Shown here: positions 10,587-19,590 of the stretch, in pieces
Numbering within the stretch: position 1 is the first letter of the stretch
How the letters are laid out: every line of letters begins with the position of its first letter
Assembly (NCBI RefSeq): GCF_024223415.1
Contig: NZ_CP100500.1
DNA: 64,000 nucleotides
Origin: Escherichia coli
Lineage (GTDB): Bacteria; Pseudomonadota; Gammaproteobacteria; Enterobacterales; Enterobacteriaceae
Reading direction: 5' to 3' (one strand)
Made by a program: the position numbers and the translations under genes
The notes under the pieces: model-generated
Databases searched by the model: none
Told to the model about the DNA's origin: nothing
The model's input: the letters and a program-made list of their open reading frames with translations, nothing else

Positions 10587-11473
10587 TGCCACTGCTGGAT
10601 AAGCTGCGTAAGCTGTACGGGGTCGGACCGGTATGCAGTGAACTACATATTGCCCCGTCAACGTATTACCACTGTCAGCAACAGCAGCATCATCCTGATA
10701 AACGCAGCGCCCGTGCGCAGCGTGATGACTGGCTGAAGAAAGAGATACAGCGCGTATACGATGAAAATCACCAGGTGTACGGTGTGCGTAAAGTCTGGCG
10801 TCAGTTGTTACGGGAAGGTATCAGAGTGGCCAGATGCACTGTGACACGTCTTATGGCGGTTATGGGTTTTGCCGATGTTCTCCGGGGTAAAAAGGTCCGC
10901 ACTACCGTCAGCCGGAAAGCCGTTGCCGCAGGCGACCGCGTAAACCGTCAGTTTGTGGCAGAACGTCCTGACCAGTTGTGGGTGGCTGATTTTACTTACG
11001 TCAGCACATGGCAGGGGGTCGTCTATGTGGCGTTCATCATTGATGTGTTTGCCGGATACATCGTGGGGTGGCGGGTCTCATCGTCTATGGAAACGACATT
11101 CGTGCTGGATGCTCTGGAGCAGGCGTTATGGGCCCGTCGACCGTCCGGCACAGTCCATCACAGTGATAAAGGTTCTCAGTATGTATCGCTGGCCTACACA
11201 CAGCGGCTTAAGGAAGCCGGATTACTGGCATCAACAGGAAGTACTGGTGACTCGTATGACAACGCGATGGCGGAGAGCATCAATGGCCTTTACAAAGCGG
11301 AGGTAATACACCGTAAGAGCTGGAAAAACCGGACAGAAGTGGAGCTGGCCACACTCACGTGGGTGGACTGGTATAACAATCGACGATTGCTGGAAAGGCT
11401 GGGCCATATCCCACCGGCAGAAGCAGAAAAAGCTTATTATGCTTCCATCGGAAACGATGATCTGGCAGCCTGA
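10583..11473 (+). CDS. IS629 OrfB (DDE transposase)
   Basis: 296 aa with integrase catalytic core ...[13 protein letters not shown]...[10 protein letters not shown]...; overlaps OrfA as in IS3-family frameshift arrangement. Confidence 0.9.
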   Translation: MMPLLDKLRKLYGVGPVCSELHIAPSTYYHCQQQQHHPDKRSARAQRDDWLKKEIQRVYDENHQVYGVRKVWRQLLREGIRVARCTVTRLMAVMGFADVLRGKKVRTTVSRKAVAAGDRVNRQFVAERPDQLWVADFTYVSTWQGVVYVAFIIDVFAGYIVGWRVSSSMETTFVLDALEQALWARRPSGTVHHSDKGSQYVSLAYTQRLKEAGLLASTGSTGDSYDNAMAESINGLYKAEVIHRKSWKNRTEVELATLTWVDWYNNRRLLERLGHIPPAEAEKAYYASIGNDDLAA

Positions 11474-11523
11474 GTTCACAGATAAAACACTCTCCAGGAA
11501 ACCCGGGGCGGTTCACTCCGGAG

Positions 11524-11790
11524 GTGGCGGCTTTATCTGCCAGGGGAGAGAATGTGATGACGATTGCATACCGTTCCGGCTCATCTGATGAGGTGAGCCG
11601 GAAGCTGGCTCTCAGGAGGAACAGGTTCCCGGTGATCAATGATGCTGATGGCACAATATCCCGTTTATGGAGAATTAGAGTAACCCCGACGTTCGTAGTG
11701 ATATCGAAGGGGCGGGTAATCTCCACAACCAGCGGCTGGACCAGTTCCTGGGGGATGAAGCTACGACTGCGGTGGGCCACAATAGTCTGA
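11524..11790 (+). pseudogene. Possible thioredoxin-like (TlpA/ScsD-like) C-terminal fragment
   Basis: Translation ...FPVINDADGTISRLWRIRVTPTFVVISKGRV... resembles the C-terminal part of a TlpA-like thioredoxin fold; no N-terminal CxxC region present. Confidence 0.35.
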
Positions 11791-12119
11791 GCAGAAGACA
11801 GCCTTCTGAGAAGGAAACCTTTCAGAAGACGCCCTTACCAAAGTTGGTGATGGAAAGACTGTTGGCAGAGAGACAGATGGACATATCCGGTCGCGCTTAT
11901 GAGACAAGTCTGTGGTCACAGAGCCTGTTTATCACTCAGTGTAAATGTCTTTTCTCAGTCGGGGGCCGTCCAGACGATAACTGGGTCCGATAATAAAGCT
12001 ACATCGCCCATTTTTGTGATGCTGCCTGGATTACCGGCTGTACGGCCTTGTACTGAGAAACAGAAAAAGACTTCAGTCACCCGGCGAAAACGGTCCCTGT
12101 CCCCCCGTTACCTTATTCG

Positions 12120-12239
<120 letters not shown>

Positions 12240-12301
12240 TACCCATCTGAAACCCGAACAGTTGTCCATACGCTATAACGCATTTGCAAGGATGGGTAAT
12301 C

Positions 12302-12600
12302 ATGAGTCAGCCAAATCAGCTTTGTGTGGGTATTGATGTTTCTAAAACAACTCTTGACATTGCTACTGCTAACAACGAGTTTGCTCAGTTTACTTCTTGT
12401 AACGACACCGATGGTTTTTAGCTCATCATTGCTGAATTGAGAAATCATTCGGTGGCGCTGGTTTTGATGGAGGCTACTGGTGGGTTTGAAGCTGCTGTAG
12501 CCTGTTCACTTTAGGCTGAAGGTTTTGATATAGCTGTTATCAATCCCAGACAGGCCAGGAATTTCTCTCGTGCTAAAATCAGTTATTTCCCGAGGTTGGA
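12302..12600 (+). pseudogene. IS110-family transposase N-terminal fragment with internal stops
   Basis: MSQPNQLCVGIDVSKTTLDIA...[38 protein letters not shown]...; two stop codons and loss of similarity after about 12600. Confidence 0.6.
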
Positions 12601-12787
12601 TAGCCCTGTCCGATCAACATTTCCCAACATAGCTCACAAAACAGACACTTTATTTATTGACTTTGTTTTAATATGTGATAAATACGGAGAAGTGGTCTAA
12701 CAGGTTTAATGATTGGTCGGACAAGATGATAATAAATGGCATTTTATATCAACCAATTTTCATGTTTATACATAGAGGAGGGATTAT

Positions 12788-13777
12788 ATGAAAATTAGGT
12801 TATTTATCCATTCGTTATTTTATTCATCAGTTCTGGTGACTTTGCTTATCAATAGCGTAAATGCCGCAGAAAAAGTGACATTAAAATTGGCACACAACCT
12901 TGAACGCAGTCATGTTGTACACCAGACTTTTGAACATCTGGCAAACGAGGTAAAACAACTTTCTAATGGCAATATTGTCATTCGTATATACCCCAGTAGC
13001 CAGATGGGTAATGCGCGAGAAACTATGGAGTTGTTACAAAATGGCGCACTGGATATGACCAAAGGTTCCGCCAGTGATCTGGAGTCTTTTGATAATATTT
13101 ATGCTATCTATAATTTGCCGTTCTTATTTAAAGATCAGGCGCACTTCAACAAAGTGGTTTTTGGTGAAGTTGGTAAAGAAATTATGGACTCAACAAAAGA
13201 CAAAGGCTTTTTTGCTTTATCAGCTTATGTAGCGGGTACTCGCAGTTTCTATGCGAAAAAACCGATTACTAAGCCAGAAGATCTTAAAGGGCTGAAAATT
13301 CGTGTTCAGCCAAGCCCGACCACCATCAAAATGATTGAACTGATGGGGGGCTCACCCACTCCAATTTCATTTGGCGAAGTTTATACTGCGATGCAGCAAG
13401 GTGTAGTAGATGGCGCAGAAAATAACGTGCCTTCCTGGGTGCAGACTCGACATATCGAAATTGCCAAAGTCTTTTCTGAAGATGAACATGCCTCAATTCC
13501 TGACTTTTTGGTTATCTCCACCAAAACATGGAATAAATTAACCCCAGAACAGCAACAAATCCTCGAAACAGCGGCGAAGAAATCCGAAGCTTATCAACAA
13601 AAATTGTGGGAAAAAATTGACGCTGACACACGTGCTCAGGCGAAAGCTATGGGTGGTGAAATCGTTAAGGTTGATAAAGCCCCATTCCGTGCCGCAGTTC
13701 AACCTCTGTTTGACGACTTCAAAAAAGATCCAAAACAAGCTGCTTTGTTAGAGAAATTCGACAACGCTGCTCAATAA
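12788..13777 (+). CDS. TRAP transporter substrate-binding protein (DctP family)
   Basis: 329 aa, signal peptide, DctP-like sequence; first of three co-directional TRAP genes; substrate unknown. Confidence 0.85.
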   Translation: MKIRLFIHSLFYSSVLVTLLINSVNAAEKVTLKLAHNLERSHVVHQTFEHLANEVKQLSNGNIVIRIYPSSQMGNARETMELLQNGALDMTKGSASDLESFDNIYAIYNLPFLFKDQAHFNKVVFGEVGKEIMDSTKDKGFFALSAYVAGTRSFYAKKPITKPEDLKGLKIRVQPSPTTIKMIELMGGSPTPISFGEVYTAMQQGVVDGAENNVPSWVQTRHIEIAKVFSEDEHASIPDFLVISTKTWNKLTPEQQQILETAAKKSEAYQQKLWEKIDADTRAQAKAMGGEIVKVDKAPFRAAVQPLFDDFKKDPKQAALLEKFDNAAQ

Positions 13778-13783
13778 TATTTC

Positions 13784-13807
13784 GGGCCAGTCTCTGGCCC
13801 TGATTTT
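13784..13807 (+). terminator. Stem-loop followed by T-run after the TRAP binding-protein gene
   Basis: GGGCCAGTCTCTGGCCC followed by TGATTTT. Confidence 0.4.
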
Positions 13808-13812
13808 CCAGG

Positions 13813-14325
13813 ATGCTTACAATGATATTTAACCGCCTGAAACTTGCGGTAGACCGCGTCATTGCCGCGTTTTCTGTCGCCGTCATGCTTGCTCTGGTTG
13901 TATGCGTAGTCTGGCAAGTATTTAGCCGCTACGTACTTAACCAGCCAAGTACATTAACCGATGAGCTGGCACGCTTTTTGATGATCTGGGTAGGATTATT
14001 AGGTGCTGCATATACCGTCGGCGCGCAGAGACATCTCTCTATCGATTTATTTGCTCTCGCCCTGAATAAGCGCAAGCAATTACTTCTTAGTATAGTCATT
14101 AACATTCTCATTTTAGGTTTTGCCGGTTCGGTCATTGTGACTGGTGGCCTGAAATTAATTGATAAAACACTGGCAACATCACAGGTATCTGCCGCGATGC
14201 AAATACCGATGGGATACGTATATATCATTCTGCCATTAAGTGGATTGGTGATGATGTTTTATGCCTTGTGTTTTATTAATCAAAGCATTCAACAACTGAA
14301 ACAACCTGCGCAGGAGGCCAGTTAA
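13813..14325 (+). CDS. TRAP transporter small permease (DctQ family)
   Basis: 170 aa hydrophobic protein with four predicted TM segments between the DctP and DctM genes. Confidence 0.8.
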   Translation: MLTMIFNRLKLAVDRVIAAFSVAVMLALVVCVVWQVFSRYVLNQPSTLTDELARFLMIWVGLLGAAYTVGAQRHLSIDLFALALNKRKQLLLSIVINILILGFAGSVIVTGGLKLIDKTLATSQVSAAMQIPMGYVYIILPLSGLVMMFYALCFINQSIQQLKQPAQEAS

Positions 14326-15626
14326 TGGATAGTTATATCGCGCTTACACTATTTGGCTGTTTTTTTGTGCTGGTCTTTATTGGTGTGCCCATTTCGTTCT
14401 CAATCGGTATTGCGACTGTAGCTTCAATGCTGTTGATGTTTCCCTGGGATATCGCGGCAATCACTGTTTCGCAACGATTGGCTAATGGACTGGATAACTT
14501 TGCCCTGTTGGCAATCCCCTTTTTCATCTTTGCCGGAACACTGATGAACAGCGGCGGTATTGCGATACGTTTGATTAACCTCGCCCAGGTAATGGTTGGC
14601 CGCGTTCCTGGTTCGCTTGGTCATGTGAACGTCCTGGCGAATATGATGTTTGGTTCCATTTCTGGTTCAGCCGTTGCGGCAGCTGCTGCCGTTGGTGGCA
14701 CACTGAATCCCATTCAGACCAAAGAAGGTTATGATCCGGCATTTTCTACCGCTGTAAACGTCTCATCTTGTATTACTGGATTACTGATACCGCCCTCAAA
14801 CGTGTTAATTGTATTTTCCCTGACAGCTGGCGGCGTTTCTGTAGCATCGCTATTTATGGCGGGATATTTGCCAGGGATCTTAATGGGTCTCGCGGTAATG
14901 ATAGTCTGCGGCATTATTGCTAAACGCCGTGGCTACCCACTTTCAGAAAGAGCAACCTTTGCTCAGGCATGTAAAGCGTTTCTGGATGCCTTACCAAGTT
15001 TGCTTCTGGTGTTCATTGTAATGGGCGGCATTCTGGGCGGCATTTTTACCGCAACTGAAGCGTCAGCAATTGCCGTGGTCTACACATTTATTCTCTCGGT
15101 GCTGATTTACCGGGAAGTAAAATGGCGCGATTTACCCAAACTGATTCTGGAGTCGGTTGTTACCACTTCGATTGTATTACTGTTGATCGGTTTTTCCGTG
15201 GGCATGTCCTGGGCAATGACCAATGCTGATATTCCTTATATGATCAGCGACGCGTTGATGGGGATTTCTGATAACCCACTGGTCATATTGCTGCTGATTA
15301 ATATCGTCTTATTAATTGTCGGCATCTTTATGGACATGACACCGGCTGTACTAATCTTCACACCAATCTTCTTGCCGATTGCACAAGAGCTGGGAATGGA
15401 TCCGGTACATTTCGGTATTATGATGGTGGCCAACCTTTGTATTGGGCTGTTAACACCGCCGGTGGGTAGTGCGCTATTTGTTGGTTGTTCTATTTCAGGT
15501 GTGAAGATTCAACATTTGCTTAGACCATTGCTACCCTTTTATACAGCATTGCTAGTCGCATTGATGATGATCACTTACATTCCACAAATCTCTTTATTTA
15601 TCCCACAATTTCTAGGGCTGATGTAA
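14325..15626 (+). CDS. TRAP transporter large permease (DctM family)
   Basis: 433 aa polytopic membrane protein; start overlaps the dctQ stop. Confidence 0.85.
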   Translation: MDSYIALTLFGCFFVLVFIGVPISFSIGIATVASMLLMFPWDIAAITVSQRLANGLDNFALLAIPFFIFAGTLMNSGGIAIRLINLAQVMVGRVPGSLGHVNVLANMMFGSISGSAVAAAAAVGGTLNPIQTKEGYDPAFSTAVNVSSCITGLLIPPSNVLIVFSLTAGGVSVASLFMAGYLPGILMGLAVMIVCGIIAKRRGYPLSERATFAQACKAFLDALPSLLLVFIVMGGILGGIFTATEASAIAVVYTFILSVLIYREVKWRDLPKLILESVVTTSIVLLLIGFSVGMSWAMTNADIPYMISDALMGISDNPLVILLLINIVLLIVGIFMDMTPAVLIFTPIFLPIAQELGMDPVHFGIMMVANLCIGLLTPPVGSALFVGCSISGVKIQHLLRPLLPFYTALLVALMMITYIPQISLFIPQFLGLM

Positions 15627-15635
15627 ATAATTAAT

Positions 15636-15658
15636 AGCCGGACAATTTTTATTGTCCG
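15636..15658 (+). terminator. Rho-independent terminator-like hairpin after dctM
   Basis: CCGGACAA-TTTTTATT-GTCCGG followed by A/T-rich sequence. Confidence 0.5.
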
Positions 15659-15670
15659 GTAAAATTCATC

Positions 15671-15761
15671 GTAAGCGCTCCTTCTGTGCCGTCTTGTGGT
15701 GGTTGTCCTGTCTGGCAACAATCGCGTCCATCTATTGATGGACACGAACGATGAATTCTCA
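15671..15761 (+). mobile_element. IS66-family left-end fragment (about 90 bp), truncated by IS2
   Basis: Begins GTAAGCG and contains a 60-bp stretch nearly identical to 5758..5820 including the MNSQ start of the accessory ORF; similarity ends at the IS2 junction. Confidence 0.65.
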
Positions 15762-15775
15762 GACTGGATTTGCCC

Positions 15776-16681
15776 CTATATTTCCAGACACCTGTTATCA
15801 CTTAACCCATTACTGGCTTGCTGCCGTAGATATTCCCGTGGCGAGCGATAACCCAGTGCACTATGCGGATGCCATTCGTTATAATGCTCGAACGCCTCTG
15901 CAAGGTTCTTTGCTGCCGTTAACCCGTCTGGTTTAGGCATGATACTGATGTAGTCACGCTTTATCGTTTTCACGAAGCTCTCTGCTATGCCGTTACTCTC
16001 CGGACTCCGCACCGCCGTGCTCTTCGGTTCAAGCCCCAACATCCGGGCAAACTGCCGTGTTTCATTAGCCCGGTAGCATGAACCATTATCCGTCAGCCAC
16101 TCTACTGGAGACGCCGGAAGCTCGTTGCCGAAGCGGCGTTCCACCGCTCCTGGCATGACGTCCTGTACTGTTTCACTGTTGAAGCCGCCCGTAGTGACCG
16201 CCCAGTGCAGTGCCTCACGGTCACAGCAGTCCAGCGCGAACGTGACTCGCAGTTTTTCTCCGTTATCACAGCGGAACTCGAACCCGTCAGAGCACCATCG
16301 CTGATTACTTTCTTTCACAGCCACTCTGCCTGTATGTGCCCGTTTCGATGGCGGTACAGCAGGTTTTCGCTCAAGCAACAGCGCATTCTGGCGCATGATC
16401 CGGTAAACACGTTTGGCATTGATCGCAGGCATACCATCAAGTTCTGCCTGTCTGCGAAGCAGCGCCCATACCCGACGATAACCATACGTGGGCAGCTCTC
16501 CGATAACATGGTGTATACGGAGAAGCACATCCGTATCATCTGAGTGACGGCTGCGGCGACCATCTTTCCAGTCATCGGTTCGTCTGAGAATGACGTGCAA
16601 CTGCGCACGCGACACCCGGAGACAACGGCTGACTAAGCTTACTCCCCATCCCCGGGCAATAAGGGCGCGTGCGCTATCCAC
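15776..16681 (-). CDS. insD: IS2 transposase InsD (OrfB)
   Basis: 301 aa matching IS2 InsD. Confidence 0.92.
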   Translation of the reverse strand: MDSARALIARGWGVSLVSRCLRVSRAQLHVILRRTDDWKDGRRSRHSDDTDVLLRIHHVIGELPTYGYRRVWALLRRQAELDGMPAINAKRVYRIMRQNALLLERKPAVPPSKRAHTGRVAVKESNQRWCSDGFEFRCDNGEKLRVTFALDCCDREALHWAVTTGGFNSETVQDVMPGAVERRFGNELPASPVEWLTDNGSCYRANETRQFARMLGLEPKSTAVRSPESNGIAESFVKTIKRDYISIMPKPDGLTAAKNLAEAFEHYNEWHPHSALGYRSPREYLRQQASNGLSDNRCLEI

Positions 16682-17004
16682 TTTTTTGCCCGTCCATATT
16701 CAACGGCTTCTTTGAGGAGTTCATTTTCCATCGTTTTCTTGCCGAGCAGGCGCTGGAGTTCTTTAATCTGCTTCATGGCGGCAGCAAGTTCAGAGGCAGG
16801 AACAACCTGTTCTCCGGCGGCGACAGCAGTAAGACTTCCTTCCTGGTATTGCTTACGCCAGAGAAATAACTGGCTGGCTGCTACACCATGTTGCCGGGCA
16901 ACGAGGGAGACCGTCATCCCCGGTTCAAAGCTCTGCTGAACAATTGCGATCTTTTCCTGTGTGGTAAGCCGTCTGCGTTTCTCCGGTCCTAAGACATCAA
17001 TCAT
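16639..17004 (-). CDS. insC: IS2 InsC (OrfA)
   Basis: [53 protein letters not shown]... Confidence 0.9.
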   Translation of the reverse strand: MIDVLGPEKRRRLTTQEKIAIVQQSFEPGMTVSLVARQHGVAASQLFLWRKQYQEGSLTAVAAGEQVVPASELAAAMKQIKELQRLLGKKTMENELLKEAVEYGRAKKWIAHAPLLPGDGE

Positions 17005-17096
17005 CTGCTCTCCAATGACTAGTCTAAAAACTAGTATTAAGACTATCACTTATTTAAGTGATATTGGTTGTCTGGAGATTCAGGGGGCCAGTCTAT

Positions 17097-17420
17097 TCGG
17101 CAGCACTGTTGCCCTGTATCGAACAGGCCAGAGAGGATGTCCGTACCCTGCGTCATCTGCAGCTTCTGCACCAGAACCGGTGAATATCACTCACCACGCT
17201 TCATTACCCTGACGCCAGCCTGAATACGGCTGGCGTTTTCGTTTATAAACCAAAAGGAAAAATGATGATGTCAGATACCACACTCTCCCGCCCGGAGGTG
17301 GTCAGCGGGCATACGGACGTTATCTATTCCACCTCAGTCTGCCACATTCTGGCTGTACGAAAGAGTACACTGTTGCCAATCGACACAATTATCCGGCATC
17401 AAGTGAGCGATATCAGTTAA
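17097..17420 (+). pseudogene. Truncated second copy of a CP4-like island segment (3' end of a small yeeW-like ORF plus 5' end of a DUF4942 gene)
   Basis: Homologous to the reverse complement of about 58900..59085: ...[21 protein letters not shown] and MMMSDTTLSRPEVVSGHTDVIYST... versus MSDITVSRPETLNGHTDVICST... at 58934; abuts the IS2 end. Confidence 0.7.
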
Positions 17421-17820
17421 CCGATATAGATGGGGAAGATGCTTTTATCCGGATTGGATCTATCGCGATGGTGCGAGTACCACTTGATGCAATGGAGCCT
17501 GTCGAGGCAGATGACGAGTAACAGAGCTCGGTATCTCAATCAGGACCTGATTGTCCTGGTTCGATGCCGAAAACCAGTGATTTTTCGTGTTGGTATCTGT
17601 GTTGGTATAGGATGGTGTTGTTTATTATTAACAATTTTAAATCATGAGGTTAAATCGCATGTTTGAGTCAGGCCTTCGCATCAATATCAAAACAATCAAT
17701 AAATAAGTCCTTTAACCTAGCCACGACCAATCATTGATCAACCACGAAATCCTCTCCGAAACACAGTCCCAATCCCTAAACCCTACGCTCAACATCGAAA
17801 CCCGCTTATCACCATCCCCC

Positions 17821-18690
17821 TCATCCCCTGAACACCTCCCGCCGGTGCCACGCCACAAACCCCTCCTGGGGATAGCATTCTTTCCCCATCGGCAAGGTAA
17901 TCGGCTTACCATCAAAATCCCAGAACAACCTGCCAACGATGCCTCCGCCGTTCACCGCCGGCGAAACCTGGATGCGCATATCCTCATCCAGACCAATGGA
18001 TCCTTTATCAAAATCCTTATGGTGAATCGCGCAGAGCGCCAGGCCGTTAGGGATTTCGCAGGGGCCGCCGTGCTGCTTCCACTTGATATGGGCCGCTTCC
18101 AGGGCGACGGAGGTATTATCATGGCGCATATTGAAGCCGCAGATAGCGCACTCATAGTTATAGGCGCGCAGCACCTGCTGGCGAAAATGCGGGTCGCGCT
18201 CTTTGCGGATCTGCAGCAGATCAAACCCCATCTCTTCAGCCAGTTCTTCCTGAATACTCTCCGGAAAGTGCGCCTCAAGGATCTGATGGGCGAGGGTATT
18301 GATCAGCTTCTTATTTCTGTTAAGTAACGCAAAATGCTGCTCATCAAAGCCGCCGGCGACGTGGCAGAGCTCCAGCTCTTTGCCGGGCGGCTGTCGGCTG
18401 CCCTGGGTTGAGCACTGTTCGCTGTTGTGTAGCTCCCAGAAGCCGTCGCCTTTCAGGCGCCAGAAGGGCATGTCCGGCCGGTACTGGCGGCGCTGCGGGC
18501 CAAAGCGTTCCAGCAGGCTATGCAGCTCATCACGTATCTCCGAGGCGTAGTCGAACATCCGCGCATGGCCGCGCTGGTATTGCGAGAGGACGTACAGCAG
18601 CAATAGTGGTTTATGCGGCGCACGCTGTTCGCCTTTGCGCCAGATGGTGATGTTCTCGATCGCGTGTTGCAGGGTCGTGCTGGAGGGCAT
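17821..18690 (-). CDS. HNH endonuclease with an N-terminal putative modified-DNA-binding domain (candidate type IV restriction enzyme)
   Basis: 290 aa from the ATG at 18690; C-terminal HNH motif ...YNYECAICGFNMRHDNTSVALEAAHIKWKQHGGPCEIPNGLALCAIHHKDFDKG...; N-terminal about 170 aa (...APHKPLLLLYVLSQYQRG...FWRLKGDGFWEL...) recalled as resembling sulfur-binding-domain-HNH proteins. Confidence 0.6.
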   Translation of the reverse strand: MPSSTTLQHAIENITIWRKGEQRAPHKPLLLLYVLSQYQRGHARMFDYASEIRDELHSLLERFGPQRRQYRPDMPFWRLKGDGFWELHNSEQCSTQGSRQPPGKELELCHVAGGFDEQHFALLNRNKKLINTLAHQILEAHFPESIQEELAEEMGFDLLQIRKERDPHFRQQVLRAYNYECAICGFNMRHDNTSVALEAAHIKWKQHGGPCEIPNGLALCAIHHKDFDKGSIGLDEDMRIQVSPAVNGGGIVGRLFWDFDGKPITLPMGKECYPQEGFVAWHRREVFRG

Positions 18691-18869
18691 AGCGTTACAT
18701 TGGCAGCTAAATAAATGCGATGATGCTCGCAAAATCCTTGCCGATCAACCTACCAGATGCGGCGATTCTACGTGGATCGCGATTTAATTATCACTGCCAG
18801 TTATTTGTTCGAAAAGACCATAGCTTTCTATTTATACTCAAGCTTCGCGCCATCAGATAGCTATGTCTT

Positions 18870-19508
18870 ATGAAAAAACTACCGGACCATTTATCCAGGG
18901 AATGCATCATCGCCGCCATTCGCGCTTACGATGCAGGCGTTGCGCATCAGTTTAAAAGCGCGCGTCTGTATGAGATCGAGTTTGAGGGGCGTCGGTATCC
19001 TTCAAAAGCCATCGTCGGGTTAGCGGCCACGCTTGCGACGGGAACGGAATTTACCCCGGCGGATTTCAGCGGGGGGATTAAATCAAAATGCGTGCGTCTG
19101 TTACTGGAGCAAGGATTTACGATCGCGTCGCAGGGCGCTGGCGATGACGAGGTTGCGCTTTTCCCCGATGAGGGGCAGACGACCATGGAGTACGTGGAAG
19201 GGGCGGCGTTGCAGGTGGTGGTCAATCGCTATGAGCGCGACCGTCAGGCTCGTCAGGCGGCGCTTCGCCTGCATGGCTGCCAGTGTCAGGTATGCGGTCT
19301 GGATATGGCCAGCCGCTATGGCGATATCGGCCAGGGCTTTATCCATATCCACCATCTCATCCCGCTGGCCGGGATAAAGCAGGACTACCGCCTGAACCCT
19401 GAAACCGATCTGATCCCGGTATGTCCCAACTGCCATGCGATGCTGCACCGGCGAGATCCGCCGTTTACCCCCGAAGAGCTGAAGGCCCGGCTGCGCCCCA
19501 CAGACTGA
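18870..19508 (+). CDS. HNH endonuclease with a distinct N-terminal domain of unknown function
   Basis: 212 aa; C-terminal zinc-finger HNH ...CQCQVCGLDMASRYGDIGQGFIHIHHLIPLAG...PVCPNCHAMLH...; divergent from 17821..18690 across a 179-bp intergenic region. Confidence 0.6.
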   Translation: MKKLPDHLSRECIIAAIRAYDAGVAHQFKSARLYEIEFEGRRYPSKAIVGLAATLATGTEFTPADFSGGIKSKCVRLLLEQGFTIASQGAGDDEVALFPDEGQTTMEYVEGAALQVVVNRYERDRQARQAALRLHGCQCQVCGLDMASRYGDIGQGFIHIHHLIPLAGIKQDYRLNPETDLIPVCPNCHAMLHRRDPPFTPEELKARLRPTD

Positions 19509-19552
19509 CATCCGACAGCGCTCGCTTTAATTACATCAAACACACCACAAAC

Positions 19553-19579
19553 CCCACGCTACCTTACCGGTAGCGTGGG
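19553..19579. terminator. Bidirectional stem-loop between convergent genes
   Basis: CCCACGCTACC-TTAC-CGGTAGCGTGGG between the stop at 19508 and the minus-strand stop at 19591. Confidence 0.5.
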
Positions 19580-19590
19580 CCCACTCTCTT

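Larger units (their letters stand above)
10206..11515 (+). mobile_element. IS629 (IS3 family), complete 1310 bp
   Basis: Ends TGAACCGCCCCGGGAATCC... and ...AAACCCGGGGCGGTTCA; OrfA and OrfB both strongly match IS629 as recalled. Confidence 0.9.
15762..17096 (-). mobile_element. IS2 (IS3 family), complete about 1335 bp
   Basis: Ends TGGATTTGCCCCTATATTTCCAGACA... and ...GGAGATTCAGGGGGCCAGTCTA match the IS2 termini as recalled; insC and insD present; no 5-bp target duplication. Confidence 0.92.

Noticed and set aside
17430-17666. 78-aa ORF in the IS2 to HNH gene gap
   Set aside because: Follows the truncated DUF4942 fragment, has a Cys/Trp-rich low-complexity translation and no RBS; likely non-coding remnant DNA
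18694-18869. Specific promoter or operator calls in the HNH intergenic region
   Set aside because: Several weak -10-like hexamers are present, but none can be assigned confidently without experimental data or a motif search
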